Assembly: GCA_965205865.1 (NCBI GenBank)
Contig: CBDBHR010000030.1
Location: forward strand, 544,001 to 608,000
Source: a bacterium
GTDB taxonomy: Bacteria; SAR324; NAC60-12
Length of the DNA: 64,000 bases
Reading direction: 5' to 3'
The notes below the pieces were generated by a model that was not told where the DNA came from, did no database searches, and saw nothing but the letters and a program-made list of their open reading frames with translations. A program made the translations under genes and the position numbers. Positions 29,704 to 39,795 of the stretch are shown piece after piece. The first letter of the stretch is position 1. Each line of letters begins with the position of its first letter.

Positions 29704-31056
29704 ATGACGACGGATTCCTCACAAGATCTGATGACGACGGGCGGACAGGAGGTTGTCATGGTTTTGGCGACCAAGGCCGGGCTCTTTATAACCGGTCTTT
29801 TGATCCAGAGCCTGCTCGCCTACGCGCTCCTTCCGGAAGGCCGCGGGGAATATGCCGTATGCATCATGTTTGGAGGGCTGCTCGGAGTATTGTTTACGCC
29901 TGGGGCCGACCGGGGCTCGCAGTATTTCGTCATGGCGAAACAGATCAGCGTTTCTCAGGGCGTATCCGTTGCCCTGACCATCTGTCTGACGGGTACCGCA
30001 TTGGCCCTAGTGCTGGTGGTTCCACTGATCCAAAGCGATATTGCCTTCTTTCGCAAGGCAAAACCCCACTCTTTGTACCTGGCACTCGCATTGGTCTTTC
30101 TCATGTCCTTCTCCACTTCACTTCAATTACAACTCGCCGGGCTCAGGCGTTTCGCTCGACTCGCATTATTTACATTATCTCAGGCTATGTTTCACGTGCT
30201 GGCAATAATTTCTCTTGTTTGGGGCCTTGGTCTTGGAGTTGATGGCGCCATCGTATCGCTCACCCTCGGCCATCTCGTGATGATCATCGCTTGCCTCCTA
30301 GATCTCCGAAAGAATTGCCGTCTGGTGTTGGAAATGCCGTCTCGTTCCGGGCTGACTCGTGTTTTTAGTTACGGTCTGAAATACTACGTCGCGCGTGTCG
30401 GAGCTGAGGTCGGTTCGAAAGTTGGAGTCCTTTTCCTCGGATTGGTAGCGAGCCGTTCTGAAATTGGCTTCTTTGCTCTGGGAAGCTCACTCATGTTACA
30501 GGTATTCATGCTCTCGAATGCGGTCTCTGCCTCCTTGCTACCTCGCGTCTCAAGCGATGAGAAAGGACGGCCTGAACTTGTTGCATTCTGCGCACGCAGT
30601 TCGTGCTGGGCCACCGGTGTGGCTCTTGTCGCACTGCTCGCAGTCAGTACGCCGCTGATTCGAATCCTGTTTTCGGATGCTTTCCTTCCAGTGATTCCGC
30701 TTATCTGGATCATCGCACCCGGAATTTTCGTATACTCAGGTAGCAGTATTTTTAGAATATATTTTCTTGGTGTAAACCGTCCGGAAGTATGCTCCTGGGC
30801 CATATGGACTGGACTGAGCGCAAATCTCGTCGTGCTCGTTTGGCTCTACTCACAACTGGGTGTTGAAGCTGTTGCTTGGGCAATGACCACTGGTATGCTC
30901 TGTAATAGCGCATTTCTCTGGATCGCATATCGGCGGACTACTCGTATGAGCTTTTTCTCGACATGGGTGCCAAAGCGTAGCGACATCAAATTACTATTGA
31001 CCTCGGGTCGGTTATTATTCAGCCGTGTCTTCAGGGTGAGGTCCGGTGATGCTTGA
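29704..31056 (+). CDS. Wzx-type oligosaccharide flippase
   Basis: About 12 TM helices; LLPEGRGEYA N-terminal motif; locus context. Confidence 0.85.
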   Translation: MTTDSSQDLMTTGGQEVVMVLATKAGLFITGLLIQSLLAYALLPEGRGEYAVCIMFGGLLGVLFTPGADRGSQYFVMAKQISVSQGVSVALTICLTGTALALVLVVPLIQSDIAFFRKAKPHSLYLALALVFLMSFSTSLQLQLAGLRRFARLALFTLSQAMFHVLAIISLVWGLGLGVDGAIVSLTLGHLVMIIACLLDLRKNCRLVLEMPSRSGLTRVFSYGLKYYVARVGAEVGSKVGVLFLGLVASRSEIGFFALGSSLMLQVFMLSNAVSASLLPRVSSDEKGRPELVAFCARSSCWATGVALVALLAVSTPLIRILFSDAFLPVIPLIWIIAPGIFVYSGSSIFRIYFLGVNRPEVCSWAIWTGLSANLVVLVWLYSQLGVEAVAWAMTTGMLCNSAFLWIAYRRTTRMSFFSTWVPKRSDIKLLLTSGRLLFSRVFRVRSGDA

Positions 31057-31798
31057 TGCTCGGATTCAGGAATTAAGAGTACGCCGGACGACCGTGGAAA
31101 TCGACGGCGACCGAGTCATAAAGAGACAGTCACCAGATCGTTCGCGTTTCGAGCGCGAACGCACTCAATTTGGAGCTTGCATCGCTTCCGAATGTGGCTT
31201 GTTCCATGTCCCCGAAATTCTTTCGTTCGACGATTCTGCAGGGGAGAATATCGTACGTTTCATACCTGGCGCGGTCCCGCTCAGAAGTTATCTCATTAAG
31301 CGATCTGAGCCTGAGCTTTTGGAACGTGCCGGTCGTGCGCTCGCAGCCATTCATAACGCTGGCTCCGACTTCAGCGAATCCGATGTGTTTTGGCACGGCG
31401 ACTACAGCTTGGGAAATCTGTTGTACTCAGAGAGCCACGATCGAATTACCATCGTCGACTGGAACAATGCGGATTGGGCGCTTGAGCCTCCAGAGCGCTC
31501 ACGAGGATCCGCAGGGTTGGATCTGGGAATTGCTCTGCTTTCTCTTTTCCATAGCAGAATCGCGTCTACCAAGCATATCCCCCAACCTGCACAGCTCGGC
31601 TCAATATTCCTGGAAGGCTATGCTAGAGATCGAAGTTACCTTCAGGTCCAAGGAATCCGACCATTCATTTCGGAACTGTTCCGCCGCTGGAATCGATATT
31701 GGCTGGCTCAGTGTGGAATCATGAGAGCCCAGGCGTATGCTCCTTCTATGATTCGACTCCGTCTCTTTCTATCAAGAACCGAAATTCTGGGTAAGTAA
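31046..31798 (+). CDS. APH/choline-kinase-like phosphotransferase
   Basis: VIKR, AGRALAAIH, WHGDYSLGNLL and IVDW motifs. Confidence 0.8.
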   Translation: MMLDARIQELRVRRTTVEIDGDRVIKRQSPDRSRFERERTQFGACIASECGLFHVPEILSFDDSAGENIVRFIPGAVPLRSYLIKRSEPELLERAGRALAAIHNAGSDFSESDVFWHGDYSLGNLLYSESHDRITIVDWNNADWALEPPERSRGSAGLDLGIALLSLFHSRIASTKHIPQPAQLGSIFLEGYARDRSYLQVQGIRPFISELFRRWNRYWLAQCGIMRAQAYAPSMIRLRLFLSRTEILGK

Positions 31799-31799
31799 G

Positions 31800-32540
31800 G
31801 TGAACGAGAGAAGTTACCGCAACTCCCATTTGTGCAAGGGCGCGGACTATCACGAAACCTACACATCAATGCCTCACCGGGCAATGCTCTGGAATCTGGA
31901 ACGCAAACTGCTGCGACGACTCGTTCTGGAACTATTCCCGACTTCTCCGCCACGATACCTTGATTTTGCATGCGGTACCGGACGGATTCTTGCGCATCTG
32001 ACACCATTTACGAAAGATGCCGTCGGCGTAGATATTTCGTCTTCCATGCTCGCAATCGCAAGTCGTGAACTTCCACACGTCGAATTGATAGAAGCTGATC
32101 TCACCCGCGATGATCGATTTGGCAACCGAAAATTTGACCTTATTACTGCTTTTCGTTTTTTCCCCAACGCTGAACCAGCGCTGCGAATGGATGCGTTCAG
32201 AGTTCTGGTTCGACACTTAAGTTTCAAAGGGGTACTGATTTTCAATAACCACAAGAATAGCGGAAGCCTGGCTCGCCGTATAACAATAGCCCTAGGAAGA
32301 ATCGACCCGGACAAGCGATCGGATTCCGACCGGTTCATGTCTCGTCAAGAGGTTTTCGAACTTGCGGTACGGGCAGGCCTGCGAATTACCAACGAATACC
32401 CTTTGGGAGTACTTCCTTTTACGGACCGTCACATGTTTAAACCCCCGGTTCTGCTAGAAGGTATTGAGTTGGTACTAAGCCAAGTGGGATTTGTCAAACC
32501 ATTGGCTCAGAATCTGATCTACCTTTGCCGGCATGTTTGA
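31800..32540 (+). CDS. Class I SAM-dependent methyltransferase
   Basis: YLDFACGTGRI, GVDISSSML and FDLITAFRFF. Confidence 0.9.
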   Translation: MNERSYRNSHLCKGADYHETYTSMPHRAMLWNLERKLLRRLVLELFPTSPPRYLDFACGTGRILAHLTPFTKDAVGVDISSSMLAIASRELPHVELIEADLTRDDRFGNRKFDLITAFRFFPNAEPALRMDAFRVLVRHLSFKGVLIFNNHKNSGSLARRITIALGRIDPDKRSDSDRFMSRQEVFELAVRAGLRITNEYPLGVLPFTDRHMFKPPVLLEGIELVLSQVGFVKPLAQNLIYLCRHV

Positions 32541-32900
32541 CCGTGAGTTATTACCGATTTCTCGGGACCTCAACCATCCTTCGGAACTAGACGAATGAAA
32601 ATGCACAAATTAAAAACCGCAGTTGTCATGGGACCACGGTTCAAGTTCCGAAAGAACTAGCAGAGCTTTTTGTAAATGCTGACTGATGAGCGAGTCTCTG
32701 ATGCGCAACGAGCGATTACCGAGATGCTTCAAGTTCAAGATAACGAGCAACGATGGTCATTGATCATCCCCACAGTTGTACTTCAAGGGAATCTCCTGAT
32801 TTCTACCAATTTCGGAGCTTTCAGAGTGATCGGCTCAAGCCTCTTGCGGGTGGACATGGTTGCAACGAGCCCGTCTTTTCAAAACATGGCCGATCAATAG

Positions 32901-34034
32901 GTGAGGCATAAACACGTTCTCTTTCTGATCCCTTCCCTTCGTGGTGGCGGAGCCGAACGCGTCATAACGACGCTTCTCCGGCATCTGGATCGATCGAGTT
33001 TCAAATTGACACTCGCGCTTGTGGATGCGCGGGACGCAGTTTTCCTGAATGAAGTCCCCGCAGACGTTGAGTTCATCGACCTGCGTTGCCGAAGAGTGCG
33101 TGACGCACTGCCGAAAATAGTTGCAATGATCTGGAAGCGGCGCCCAGACGTGGTTTTCTCGACGTTGGGTCATTTGAACTTGGCCCTGGCCCTGCTTCGG
33201 CCACTACTGCCGCGACATCCGCGCTATATTGCGCGGGAAACGAACATCGTCAGTCAGATTTTGGTTGCTCACGGAAACCCCTGGCTTTGGCGATGGATGT
33301 ACCGGCACTTTTATGGCAATCATGATGCTGTCGTATGTCAATCGCAGGACATGCTGGATGATCTGGTTGAAAATTATGCGTTTCCCGAGGAGCGGGCTAC
33401 CTTGATTTATAACCCGGTTGACTTTGAGCGCATACGGCAGTCGGTTGAGGAAACATGTCCCGACTATTTCTCCACGTTCAAAAGGCATTCGGATATCGTT
33501 CAATTGGTTGCGGCTGGTAGATTAGTCGATCAAAAAGGATTTGACTTGCTCATTGATGCCATAACACTACTGCATGACGACCGTATTCGGTTGACTATTC
33601 TCGGTGTAGGGCCATTATGCACAAGCTTGGAACGACTTGCGCAAGCCAGGCGCGTAGCAGATCAAGTGCAGTTTGCTGGTTATCAGACAAACCCCTACGC
33701 TTGGTTTGCCCGAGCAGACGCCTTCGTCCTTTCCTCGCGCTATGAGGGCTTTCCTAATGTCGTGCTGGAGGCTTTGGCTTGTGGCACGCCGGTCATTGCC
33801 ACCCCGGCGCCAGGTGGAACGCGTGAAATACTGGATAGCATTCCGCAATGCATAGTGGCGGAAGAGATCAGTTCGAATTCGCTGGCGGATGCTATTAACG
33901 AGTGGCTGAAGAGTAGTCGGGACCGGGTTCCCGAATACGCGGTCGTACCCTATCGACTATCGACCATCATGCCTCGCTATACGCGACTTTTCACGGGAGA
34001 GGTAGAGCGTGAAGCTGGCAAGGATCGGATATGA
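32901..34034 (+). CDS. Glycosyltransferase family 4
   Basis: GGGAER, GRLVDQKGFD and SSRYEGFPNVVLEALACG. Confidence 0.92.
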   Translation: MRHKHVLFLIPSLRGGGAERVITTLLRHLDRSSFKLTLALVDARDAVFLNEVPADVEFIDLRCRRVRDALPKIVAMIWKRRPDVVFSTLGHLNLALALLRPLLPRHPRYIARETNIVSQILVAHGNPWLWRWMYRHFYGNHDAVVCQSQDMLDDLVENYAFPEERATLIYNPVDFERIRQSVEETCPDYFSTFKRHSDIVQLVAAGRLVDQKGFDLLIDAITLLHDDRIRLTILGVGPLCTSLERLAQARRVADQVQFAGYQTNPYAWFARADAFVLSSRYEGFPNVVLEALACGTPVIATPAPGGTREILDSIPQCIVAEEISSNSLADAINEWLKSSRDRVPEYAVVPYRLSTIMPRYTRLFTGEVEREAGKDRI

Positions 34035-34153
34035 CCAGTGTCGGAACCAAGGAATGATTTTCGCTAAACTCCGACGACATAGCAAGTTGAATCGATTCAG
34101 AGAAATTCCACACCGGAGAGTGTTCAGGTTCACACACCTGTTAGAAAAGAGGG

Positions 34154-35644
34154 TTGAACGAAATGGATAACAACACACTCATCAACACACAAGTGGTAAT
34201 TCGTCATACCGGCACCGTGGCTTATCCTGCTTTTCCCTATAATCCGCCGCGCCGGTACCCGGAGTTCTCGACATTCGACGTGCAAGTCGACGAGACGAAT
34301 CATATCTATGAAGCTGTGCGGAACGTACTAGCCGACCTGCAACTCGATCGGGACAACTTCGACCACCCTTTGTGGAATCCTCTAGGGAGTTTCATCAAGA
34401 GCGGTCAACGGGCCTTGATCAAGCCCAACTGGGTGCTCCATGCGAACAGACTGGACGGGTCGATAGAATCCCTTATAACCCACACCTCGCTGATCCGAAC
34501 TATGATGGATTATCTTTTACTGGCGCTGAATCAGGAGGGTACCATAGAAATCGCAGATGCGCCATTACAGGGTTGCGACTTCGCCGAACTCCTGCGTCGC
34601 AATCTGGTCATGGAACTGCTTGAGGAGTACATAACACGGTTTCCCGCGGTAACGTTTACCGTCCTAGATCTGCGCAAGACAATCATGAGCGGAAAGGAAA
34701 AATGGTTCGGAGGGTTTGAAAAACAGACGGCACAAAGTGGTGACCCACGTGGTTATGCGCTGGTCGATCTCGGACAAGCGAGCTTTCTCGCGGAGATACA
34801 GGACAAATTCCAGCGATTTCGTGTTACTGAGTACGATTATCGCCTAATGCTTGAGCATCATAACGAAGAGAAGCACGAATATCTGGTTGCCAACTCTATT
34901 CTTTCGGCCGACTTCATCGTCAACCTGCCGAAGCTGAAGTGTCACATGAAGGCGGGCATAACCGGCGCGCTGAAAAATCTCGTAGGAATCAATGGGCATA
35001 AGGAATATCTACCTCACCACACCAACGGCTGTCCAGCCAGGGGAGGAGACCAATACAAGCACAACAGTGCGTTGAAGCCATTGATTAACCGACTGTACGA
35101 TGACTATTGGTCCAAGGTCAACGATCGTGGAACGCTGCATAACGTCTTGGAAGCGTATTTTATCCGAGCCCTGCGTCTTGCTTCGAAATTGCTGGACAAA
35201 GATCACAGGTTCGAAGGTGGCTGGTCAGGTAACGACACTATTCCAAGGACGACCCTGGATCTGAACCATCTGCTTTACTTCCATGACCCGGCCACACGTG
35301 ACTTTTCGCCGATACCTCTACGAAACATACTCCACATCGTTGACGGGGTGATTGCGGGTGAAGGTTACGGCCCGCTCACGCCAACTTCGAAGGCGGCGGG
35401 CGTCGTTTTGGGAGGATGGAATCCTTTGTTGGTTGACGTATGCGGAGCAAGACTCATCGGGTTCGACCCCATGAAAGTACGACTTCTCCGGTACGGGTTC
35501 AGCCATGAGAAAAGCCGGTTCTCAATCCCCCCGGCATCATTTTGGGATATTCTAGTCACTGAAGACGGTGAACTGAAGCAGTTAACGCACGTGCCCAGTT
35601 TAGGTTTTACGATACCCGATGAATGGAAAAATGCAGCGATTTGA
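34154..35644 (+). CDS. DUF362 domain protein
   Basis: LIKPNWV, ITH, NLPKLKCH, TGALKNLVG and DGVIAGEGYGP. Confidence 0.82.
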   Translation: MNEMDNNTLINTQVVIRHTGTVAYPAFPYNPPRRYPEFSTFDVQVDETNHIYEAVRNVLADLQLDRDNFDHPLWNPLGSFIKSGQRALIKPNWVLHANRLDGSIESLITHTSLIRTMMDYLLLALNQEGTIEIADAPLQGCDFAELLRRNLVMELLEEYITRFPAVTFTVLDLRKTIMSGKEKWFGGFEKQTAQSGDPRGYALVDLGQASFLAEIQDKFQRFRVTEYDYRLMLEHHNEEKHEYLVANSILSADFIVNLPKLKCHMKAGITGALKNLVGINGHKEYLPHHTNGCPARGGDQYKHNSALKPLINRLYDDYWSKVNDRGTLHNVLEAYFIRALRLASKLLDKDHRFEGGWSGNDTIPRTTLDLNHLLYFHDPATRDFSPIPLRNILHIVDGVIAGEGYGPLTPTSKAAGVVLGGWNPLLVDVCGARLIGFDPMKVRLLRYGFSHEKSRFSIPPASFWDILVTEDGELKQLTHVPSLGFTIPDEWKNAAI

Positions 35645-36947
35645 TTGTTTGGCGAAGTACCAGTTGTATCGTCTGCTGAAGTGGCGAAACTACCGGGACT
35701 ATACAAAACGCATACGCACCATGACGAACCAGGACCCATCTGCGCTTTCTCGCAAATATCTTGATCAACTTCTATCGTTCTGCAGTGAGCACAACACATA
35801 CTATGCGGAGTATCTCGCCGGTAGACGTGAACTCAAGAACCTACCTGTATTAACGAAGGAAGTTATCCGCGGGAGGTTCAATGACCTACAAAGTACGAAA
35901 CAAACGTCGCGGACTTACAGGAACAGCTCCGGCGGCTCGACCGGTAAACCGGTGATCTTGGTCCAGGACAATTCCTATAGCAGTTGGTCGAACGCGACTC
36001 AAGGTTTCTATTTCCGCGAATTTCTTGGTGTCGAGATGTTCGGCGCCAAGAGTATCTGGCTATGGGGTTCGGAGCGGGATACTTTCAAGCTGAGCTCTCG
36101 AAAAGCTAAACTCGGGTTGTTCCTTCAGAATCGTCTGCTCCTCAATACTTTCGATACGAGTGAGCAACGCTGGTTGGAGTATATCGAAAATATCCGTTCC
36201 TACCGTCCGTGCTATGTGGCCGGATACGCCGGCTCGCTCTATCAGCTAACGCGGGTGGCTCGCAAACATAATGTTCGTCTGTATAAGCCGGATTTTGTCT
36301 ATTCTGCGGCTGAGATGTTGCGCGACTTCATGCGAAGGGAAATCGAAGAACAATTCAATGCGAAAGTCTACGACTACTACGGTTCGAGGGAAGTCGGTGC
36401 CATTGCGGGCGAATGTTCAGCGGGTCGTCGACACGTATTCGTCATGAACAATTTGATTGAGATTCTGGATGATGAGGGTCATCCGATGGTGAATGGAAAA
36501 GAAGGCAGGATCACAATCACGAATCTTCACAACTATTCTTTTCCCATGATCCGTTACGACATCGGAGATAGCGGCGCGATTCGTTTCGACGAGTGCCCGT
36601 GTGGCTCGTCGCTGCCGGTTCTTGAAAAATTGACGGGCAGGATAACGGATCATTTTCTCTTGAGAGATGGTGGACTCGTTCACGGTGAATATTTCACTCA
36701 TCTGTTTTATTTTCGGAACTGGGTTGAACAATTCCAGGTCGATCAAGTCGACTACAACCGTATCAGGATTTTTGTCGTAGTGGACGCCCCAGTCAACGAC
36801 CATGACGTAGATGATATCAACGCGAAAATCCGCTTGGTAATGGGCAAAGACTGCGCTTTGGAATGGCAGTACGTGGATTCAATCGAAAAGACGCCACAGG
36901 GAAAGTATCTTTTTACGCGCTGTCTCATTGATGAATCGGCAGGATGA
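35619..36947 (+). CDS. CapK / phenylacetate-CoA ligase family adenylate-forming enzyme
   Basis: LPVLTK, SSGGSTGKP, YGSREVG, MIRYDIGD, GR and TPQGK motifs. Confidence 0.88.
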   Translation: MNGKMQRFDCLAKYQLYRLLKWRNYRDYTKRIRTMTNQDPSALSRKYLDQLLSFCSEHNTYYAEYLAGRRELKNLPVLTKEVIRGRFNDLQSTKQTSRTYRNSSGGSTGKPVILVQDNSYSSWSNATQGFYFREFLGVEMFGAKSIWLWGSERDTFKLSSRKAKLGLFLQNRLLLNTFDTSEQRWLEYIENIRSYRPCYVAGYAGSLYQLTRVARKHNVRLYKPDFVYSAAEMLRDFMRREIEEQFNAKVYDYYGSREVGAIAGECSAGRRHVFVMNNLIEILDDEGHPMVNGKEGRITITNLHNYSFPMIRYDIGDSGAIRFDECPCGSSLPVLEKLTGRITDHFLLRDGGLVHGEYFTHLFYFRNWVEQFQVDQVDYNRIRIFVVVDAPVNDHDVDDINAKIRLVMGKDCALEWQYVDSIEKTPQGKYLFTRCLIDESAG

Positions 36948-38221
36948 GCGAGGTCATCATACTATTATGCCCCTCACCGACATCGGTCTGGAGTTCGAGT
37001 TTTGGAAGAAAGGTCGTAAAACACGATGAGTCACAGTTGTCAGCGAAAAAATCCGAATTTTTCGAAGGGAAAAGAAAAGGAAAATTGAAGTTGATCGTAG
37101 TTATCACCGGTCTTTCCACCGGCGGCGCTGAAATGATGTTGCTCAAAGTTCTGGAGAACATTGATCGTCATCGATTTTCTCCACATGTCATTTCACTGAC
37201 GACAAAAGGGGAGATCGGCGACTGTATTGAAGCGCTGGGAATACCGGTCGAAGCGCTTGGCATGAAATCCGGTTGTTTCAGTCCGGTAAAGTTCTTACGA
37301 CTTGTCTACATGCTCCGAGAATTGAATCCGGATGCCATCCATACCTGGATGTATCATGCGGATTTGTTGGGCGGGTTGGCAGCACGCTTGGCAGGGGTCC
37401 GGACCGTTGGTTGGGCAATCCATCACAGTAATTTTTCGTCGTCACACAATAAGCGATCAACCTTATGGGTTATGAAGGCGTGTTCGCTCTTGTCTGATCG
37501 AATACCGAGAAAAATTCTATGCTGTTCTCGAGTGGCGATGGATATTCATATTTCTGCCGGATATGACAAAGGAAAGATGGTCGTCATCCCCAATGGATTC
37601 GACATCTCTCGGTTTCTCCCGGACGCAAACGCTCGTATCTCGGTACGTTCCGAATTGGGGTTGCGCAAAGACACCCCGCTCGTCGGGTTGATTGCACGCT
37701 TCGACCCGCAGAAAAATCATGAGGGCTTCTTCGAAGCCGCCGCGCGAATACATCAAAGCCTTCCCGACGCCCATTTTTTACTGGCAGGCGCTGGGGTGAA
37801 GGACAACAACCCCGCGTTGCGTCGCGCGATAAAGCAGGCTGGAGTGGGAACAAATACCCACCTTCTTGGAAAACGTGAGGATATTTCTCGTTTAATGGCT
37901 GCTCTGGACGTACTCGTTTCTTCTTCTTCTTTTGGTGAGGCCTTCCCCAACGTGCTCGGTGAGGCCATGGCTTGCGGCGTGCAATGCGTGGTCACGGAAG
38001 TTGGGGATTCAATGGAAATCGTAGGAGAGACGGGTCGGGTCGTGGCAGTGGGAGATATGGACGGATTGGCTCATAACATCGTCGAGATTTTGCAATTGTC
38101 TTACGAGGAACGCCGAGCCATGGGAGCAAAAGCGCGGGAAAGAGTTCGAGCGAGATACGAAATCGAAAGCGTGGTCAAACAATATGAAAGATTCTATGAA
38201 AGCCTAATGAGCAAGAGCTGA
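36944..38221 (+). CDS. Glycosyltransferase family 4
   Basis: GLSTGGAE, HTWMYHADL, ARFDPQKNH and EAFPNVLGEAMACG; true start may be further downstream. Confidence 0.92.
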   Translation: MSEVIILLCPSPTSVWSSSFGRKVVKHDESQLSAKKSEFFEGKRKGKLKLIVVITGLSTGGAEMMLLKVLENIDRHRFSPHVISLTTKGEIGDCIEALGIPVEALGMKSGCFSPVKFLRLVYMLRELNPDAIHTWMYHADLLGGLAARLAGVRTVGWAIHHSNFSSSHNKRSTLWVMKACSLLSDRIPRKILCCSRVAMDIHISAGYDKGKMVVIPNGFDISRFLPDANARISVRSELGLRKDTPLVGLIARFDPQKNHEGFFEAAARIHQSLPDAHFLLAGAGVKDNNPALRRAIKQAGVGTNTHLLGKREDISRLMAALDVLVSSSSFGEAFPNVLGEAMACGVQCVVTEVGDSMEIVGETGRVVAVGDMDGLAHNIVEILQLSYEERRAMGAKARERVRARYEIESVVKQYERFYESLMSKS

Positions 38222-38222
38222 T

Positions 38223-38373
38223 ATGTGTGGACTGACGGGCTTTTTTCAATACGATTCCTGGTTGCGCTTGGCCATTTCGGGATTGGGCGGAGGCGTTGCT
38301 GGACGAACCACCTTTACGGTAAGAAGGATTTTTCAATCCAGGACCTATCCGGCAGAAATGGGTAGAGTATCTG
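38223..38373 (+). pseudogene. asnB: Internally deleted asparagine synthetase-like amidotransferase remnant
   Basis: MCGLTGFF N-terminus joined within about 40 nt to C-terminal-type RDWAEALLDE...EGFFNPGPIRQKWVEYL with an in-frame stop. Confidence 0.7.
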
Positions 38374-38387
38374 AATCGTCAACGTAA

Positions 38388-39567
38388 TTGGCAATATCAC
38401 CTATGGGACGTGTTGATCTTTCAGATCTGGATGGAGGCGTCTCGCTGAAATCAACAAAGGTCGTCATCGCTTCCAACTCCGCCTGGAGCATCGTCAATTT
38501 CCGGGCTGGTCTCATCCGAGCCTTACTGGATTCGGGTTTCGAAGTGGTCGCGGTAGCTCCGCCCGACGAATTCACGGCCCAACTGTTCGATCTGGACTGC
38601 CGTTACCTGCCGTTGCCGATTGACGGCTGTGGTACTCATCCCGGACGCGATCTTCTTTGATGTGGCGATTTTGGCGGTTGTTACGACGCGAACGACCGGA
38701 CGTGTACCTGGGATATACGGTGAAACCCAATGTGTACGGTTCATTGGCTGCCCACGTATTGGGCATTCCAGTAATCAACACTATTACAGGTCTTGGTGTG
38801 GTCTTCATGAAGAAAAACTGGTTGACTCTGCTCGTACGTAGATTGTATCGACTATCCCTGATTCGCTCGAAGACGGTGTTTTTTCTTAACGAGGATGACC
38901 GTCAGTTGTTCATCGAAGACGGATTAGTGCAGTGCAAAAAAACGGACACGCTGAAAGGGGAGGGTTACTGAGTGATCTCGATGGATTCAAACTCACACCG
39001 ATTTCTCCTAATAACGAGCACCGATTTCGTTTTTGTTGATCTGCCGTATGCTCTGGGAACAAGGGGGTAGGCGAATATCGTGGAAGCGGCACGCATCGTC
39101 AAGCGCTGTTTTACCAAGCGCTGATTTCTGTTTGTTGGGGTTTCTCGATGTTCAAAATCCGTCCGCAATTGTCAGTAGTCAGATGGATGCGTGGATAGCT
39201 GAGGGCGTAGTGCGCTATCTTGGCGCCAGGCGACGACGTGCGCGGGGAGATCGAGGCGGCGGATTGTATCGTGCTACCCTCCTACCGTGAAGGGATGCCA
39301 CGCACGTTGTTGGAGGCCTCGGCTATGGGACGCCCCATTATCACGACCGATGCGGTGGGCTGTCGTGAGGTAGTGGACGACGGAGTGAACGGTTTTCTCT
39401 GCCGGGTGCAAGACGTGGATGACCTGGCTGAAAAGATGGAACGAATGCTGGCGCTCAGCCGGGAAGAAAGAAGCGAGATGGGTCGGCGTGGACGAGAAAA
39501 GATAGAACGGGAATTCGACGAGCGACTGGTGATTGATCGCTATCTGGAGGTAATTTCTACGCTATGA
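38388..39567 (+). pseudogene. GT4 glycosyltransferase, multiply frameshifted
   Basis: Consecutive fragments in different frames: NSAWSIVNFR, YTVKPNVYG, LICRMLW and LPSYREGMPRTLLEA. Confidence 0.85.
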
Positions 39568-39795
39568 ATCTCAAATTGGGGACGCATTGAACAATCTGCG
39601 CTTTCCTGAGTCGTAGTGGGAACGGAATGTCATAGCCAATGGCGATTTTTATACCAATTCCGCATCAGAAAATCGCAGTCATGAATAAACCCCGCATTGT
39701 GGATAACTATGAGTTCTGTGTGAATTGGATTCTGAATCAGTCGAGTGGAAATAATCTCAGCGTGCTTGACTGGGTGTAAAGAACTCAAGAGATAT

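Noticed and set aside
32560-32900. Small gene in the gap between the methyltransferase and GT4 (also 61930-62360)
   Set aside because: Short ORFs with no motif or clear RBS; may be remnants but cannot be called.
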